A DNA stretch of 64,000 bases from Candidatus Latescibacterota bacterium (GTDB lineage: Bacteria; Latescibacterota; UBA2968; UBA8231). Both the position numbers and the translations under genes were made by a program. Positions 61,801 to 64,000 of this stretch are shown piece by piece. Below the pieces are notes generated by a model that was given only the letters and a program-made list of their open reading frames with translations, was not told the origin of the DNA and made no database searches. The stretch is from NCBI GenBank assembly GCA_965219385.1, contig CBDCNM010000001.1:1228631-1292630 (forward strand), given 5' to 3'. Numbering within the stretch: position 1 is the stretch's first letter; every line of letters starts with the position of its first letter.

Positions 61801-62598
61801 GAATTGCATGATAACATCCAGGATTCAGGCATTGCTCTTCCCCCGGACCTGCAAGACCTACAGCCCATCCCAACCCCGGATCCTCCCCCCCTGTTTTCCG
61901 CCACCCAGCTAACTCTGTACGAGGAATCCCCTTCCCGCTACTTCGATCGTTACATCCTGGGGATACCCGAGACGGGTCTGGGAGACGGTGCAAAAGGGGG
62001 GAAAGGGGGAGAGCAGCGCCGACGAGGTTTACTCTTCGGCGAATTGGCCCACGCCGCCCTGGAGGCAAGCGCCCTCGACCCCGATGAAGACCGCGCGGCC
62101 TGGGTGGATCGCCTCCTGCTGGAAGCCGCCTTGGGCGACCCGGATCTGCACCAGCGCTTCCACCACGACCTGATGGACCTGCTCGCCCGCTTCGAGGACT
62201 CGGTCTTCGGTCGAGCCTTGAGCGCAGACCCGGCCGCGCGGATCGAGCAAGCCTTTACCCTCAAGTTAAAAAACGGGATCATCCAGGGTGTGATCGACCG
62301 AATCTGCAAGGACCCGGAGGGCACCCCGCGGATCATCGACTACAAAACCGGCCCGGTTGCTCCCCAGGCCAAGGCCACCGAAGCCCAACGCCATCGCCGC
62401 CAGATGCAGATCTACGCTCTCTGCCTGCAGCGGCTTTATCCGGACCAGCCGTCATACCGGGCCACGATCTATTTTACCGCGCTCGACCAAACCTGCACCT
62501 TTGCATTTACTACGGCGGACCTGCGCCAGGCAGAGGAAGAAATCGAGCAACTCATGCAAGAGGTCTCCTCCAGGTGGCCGTTGCCATGGTCCCAGTAA
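58884..62598 (+). CDS. addA: AddA-like UvrD helicase-nuclease; one apparent +1 frameshift (~59982)
   Basis: ASAGSGKT, ITFTQKAA, TIHAFC, VDEFQDT, VGDPKQSIYSFR, TVHASKGLEF, YVAATRA, GVIDR...IIDYKTG. GTG start overlaps the addB stop. Confidence 0.88.
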
Positions 62599-62653
62599 TT
62601 TGCCCGAACCGCACCACGTGGCCCATCCCACCCAACAACAAGTGCAAATACCC

Positions 62654-64000
62654 ATGACTCAGGACAGACAGGATATCGAGTGCGATGTCCTGATTGTAGG
62701 CGGCGGTCTCGGTGGCACGGCCGCTGCAATCCGCGCCGCCCGCACCGGCTACAAGGTCTGCCTCACCGAAGAGAACCACTGGCTGGGCGGCCAGTGTACT
62801 GCCCAGGGCCTCTCCACCCTGGACGAGCACAAGTACATTGAACGCTTCGGAGGCACGGCCTTGTACGGCGGGTTCCGCAACCACATTCGCGCCTTTTACC
62901 GCAAGAATTACCTGCTCGCGGAAAAGGCCGATGCCGATCCCTTCTTCAACCCCGGCGCCCCCCTGAGCGGCCGCCTCAGCTTCGAGCCCCAAGCCGCCCT
63001 TTCAGCCCTTCTCAACATGGTCCTTCCCGAGATCGAAGCACAGAGACTCGAGATTTTTTACCATGCACGCCCACTCGGTGCCGAGATTCACAGCGCAACC
63101 ATTCGGACCGTGACCCTGGAGCAATCGGACTACAACCGCCTCCTCTGTTTCCACCCCGCCTATGTCCTGGATGCAACCGAATTGGGCGATCTCCTGCCTC
63201 TGGTGGGTGCCCCCTTTGCCATGGGCGCCGAGGCCAGGGCTGAAACCGACGAACCCCACGCCAGAGCAGAAGGCCCCGCCCCGCACCTGATCCAGCCCTT
63301 CACCTACCCCTTTGTGGTGGATTTGTGCCCCGGCGAAGACCACACCATCCCCCAACCACCCGACTACGAAAAAAATCGAGACCAGCAACCCTACACCCTG
63401 CCCCACAACCAAGCCCCCCCCGATACCTTCTGGTCCCATCATCGCATCCTGGCCGCCGACCAGTTCGCTCCCGACCAGCTAACCGGCGACCTGATCGCGA
63501 TCAACTGGCCCGCCAACGCCTTCAAGGGAGCCCCCCTCATCGGCAAGGCTCCGCAGGATTGGGCGGAAATCCTCCAGCACGCCAAAAACCTGAGCCTGGG
63601 TTTGCTCTACTGGCTCCAGACCGAAGTCCCGCGTCAGGACGGCCAGGGATGTGGTTACCCGGAACTGCGTCTGCGCCGCGATTTCCTGGGCACCGAGGAC
63701 GGTCTTTCGCAGTCTCCCTACATCCGCGAGTCCCGCCGTATCAAGGCTCGCAAGATTGTACTCGAGCAGGAGATCTCCGCTCAGTACCAACAAACAGCCC
63801 GCGCCGCTTTATTTGCCGACAGCGTCGGCCTGGGCTTCCATCCCTTTGACCTCCTCGCCGCACAGGGTGATCCGGCCTTCTCCGGTCCCACCAAACCCTT
63901 CCAGATTCCCCTGGGGGCACTGATCTCCCAGCAGCTGGACAACCTGTTAACCGCCGGCAAAAATCTGGGCGTCACGCACCTCACCAGCAGCTGTTTTCGC
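62654..64000 (+). CDS. FAD-dependent oxidoreductase, runs off the window end
   Basis: Own translation: MTQDRQDIECDVLIVGGGLGGTAAAIRAAR...EENHWLGGQ; later LDATELGDL, YIRESRRI, FQIPLGALI. Confidence 0.85.
   Translation, partial: MTQDRQDIECDVLIVGGGLGGTAAAIRAARTGYKVCLTEENHWLGGQCTAQGLSTLDEHKYIERFGGTALYGGFRNHIRAFYRKNYLLAEKADADPFFNPGAPLSGRLSFEPQAALSALLNMVLPEIEAQRLEIFYHARPLGAEIHSATIRTVTLEQSDYNRLLCFHPAYVLDATELGDLLPLVGAPFAMGAEARAETDEPHARAEGPAPHLIQPFTYPFVVDLCPGEDHTIPQPPDYEKNRDQQPYTLPHNQAPPDTFWSHHRILAADQFAPDQLTGDLIAINWPANAFKGAPLIGKAPQDWAEILQHAKNLSLGLLYWLQTEVPRQDGQGCGYPELRLRRDFLGTEDGLSQSPYIRESRRIKARKIVLEQEISAQYQQTARAALFADSVGLGFHPFDLLAAQGDPAFSGPTKPFQIPLGALISQQLDNLLTAGKNLGVTHLTSSCFR

Overview
The window has two parts. 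(1) About 1-25.5 kb is an accessory defence island riddled with insertion sequences. It holds a 5'-truncated ABC/AAA ATPase plus an unknown partner, a fused Type IIG-like restriction-modification (RM) enzyme, and a 7-kb nest of six IS elements: ISAzo13 split by an IS4, an IS5 split by an ISKra4/ISLre2-like element, a second IS5, and an IS701, several with readable inverted repeats and target duplications. It also holds a PD-(D/E)XK-like nuclease and a Type I RM operon with unusual cargo: hsdM - Schlafen/AlbA_2-HATPase protein with a beta-rich tail - small DUF5678-like gene - nucleotidyltransferase(MNT)-HsdS fusion - Abi_C/HEPN gene - hsdR. Gene relics, a DUF4153 membrane protein and a decayed IS200 follow. 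(2) About 25.5-64 kb is GC-rich chromosomal backbone: blaI/blaR1-like pair, thrS, ggt, glycoside-hydrolase-like genes, ltaE, acetolactate synthase, an Ldh_2 oxidoreductase, dCMP deaminase, a degenerate RNase II-like gene, an enolase-superfamily enzyme, peroxiredoxin, ssb, uvrB, dnaK, a Zn-dependent dehydrogenase, frameshifted addB/addA and a partial FAD oxidoreductase. Non-coding signals include two near-identical sigma70 promoters with a GAAC-N4-GTTY (LexA-like) box upstream of the ssb operon and of addBA, a sigma54 motif upstream of dnaK, and two inverted copies of a MITE-like repeat. Decayed transposases repeatedly show apparent A:T>C:G changes. Gene content (FlgD-like C-terminal relic, FxLYD relic, GH-like hypotheticals) is suggestive of an uncultured Latescibacterota/Poribacteria-like bacterium; this is inference only. 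I saw no tRNA, rRNA or CRISPR array. All family calls come from motif recognition by eye, not from database searches.
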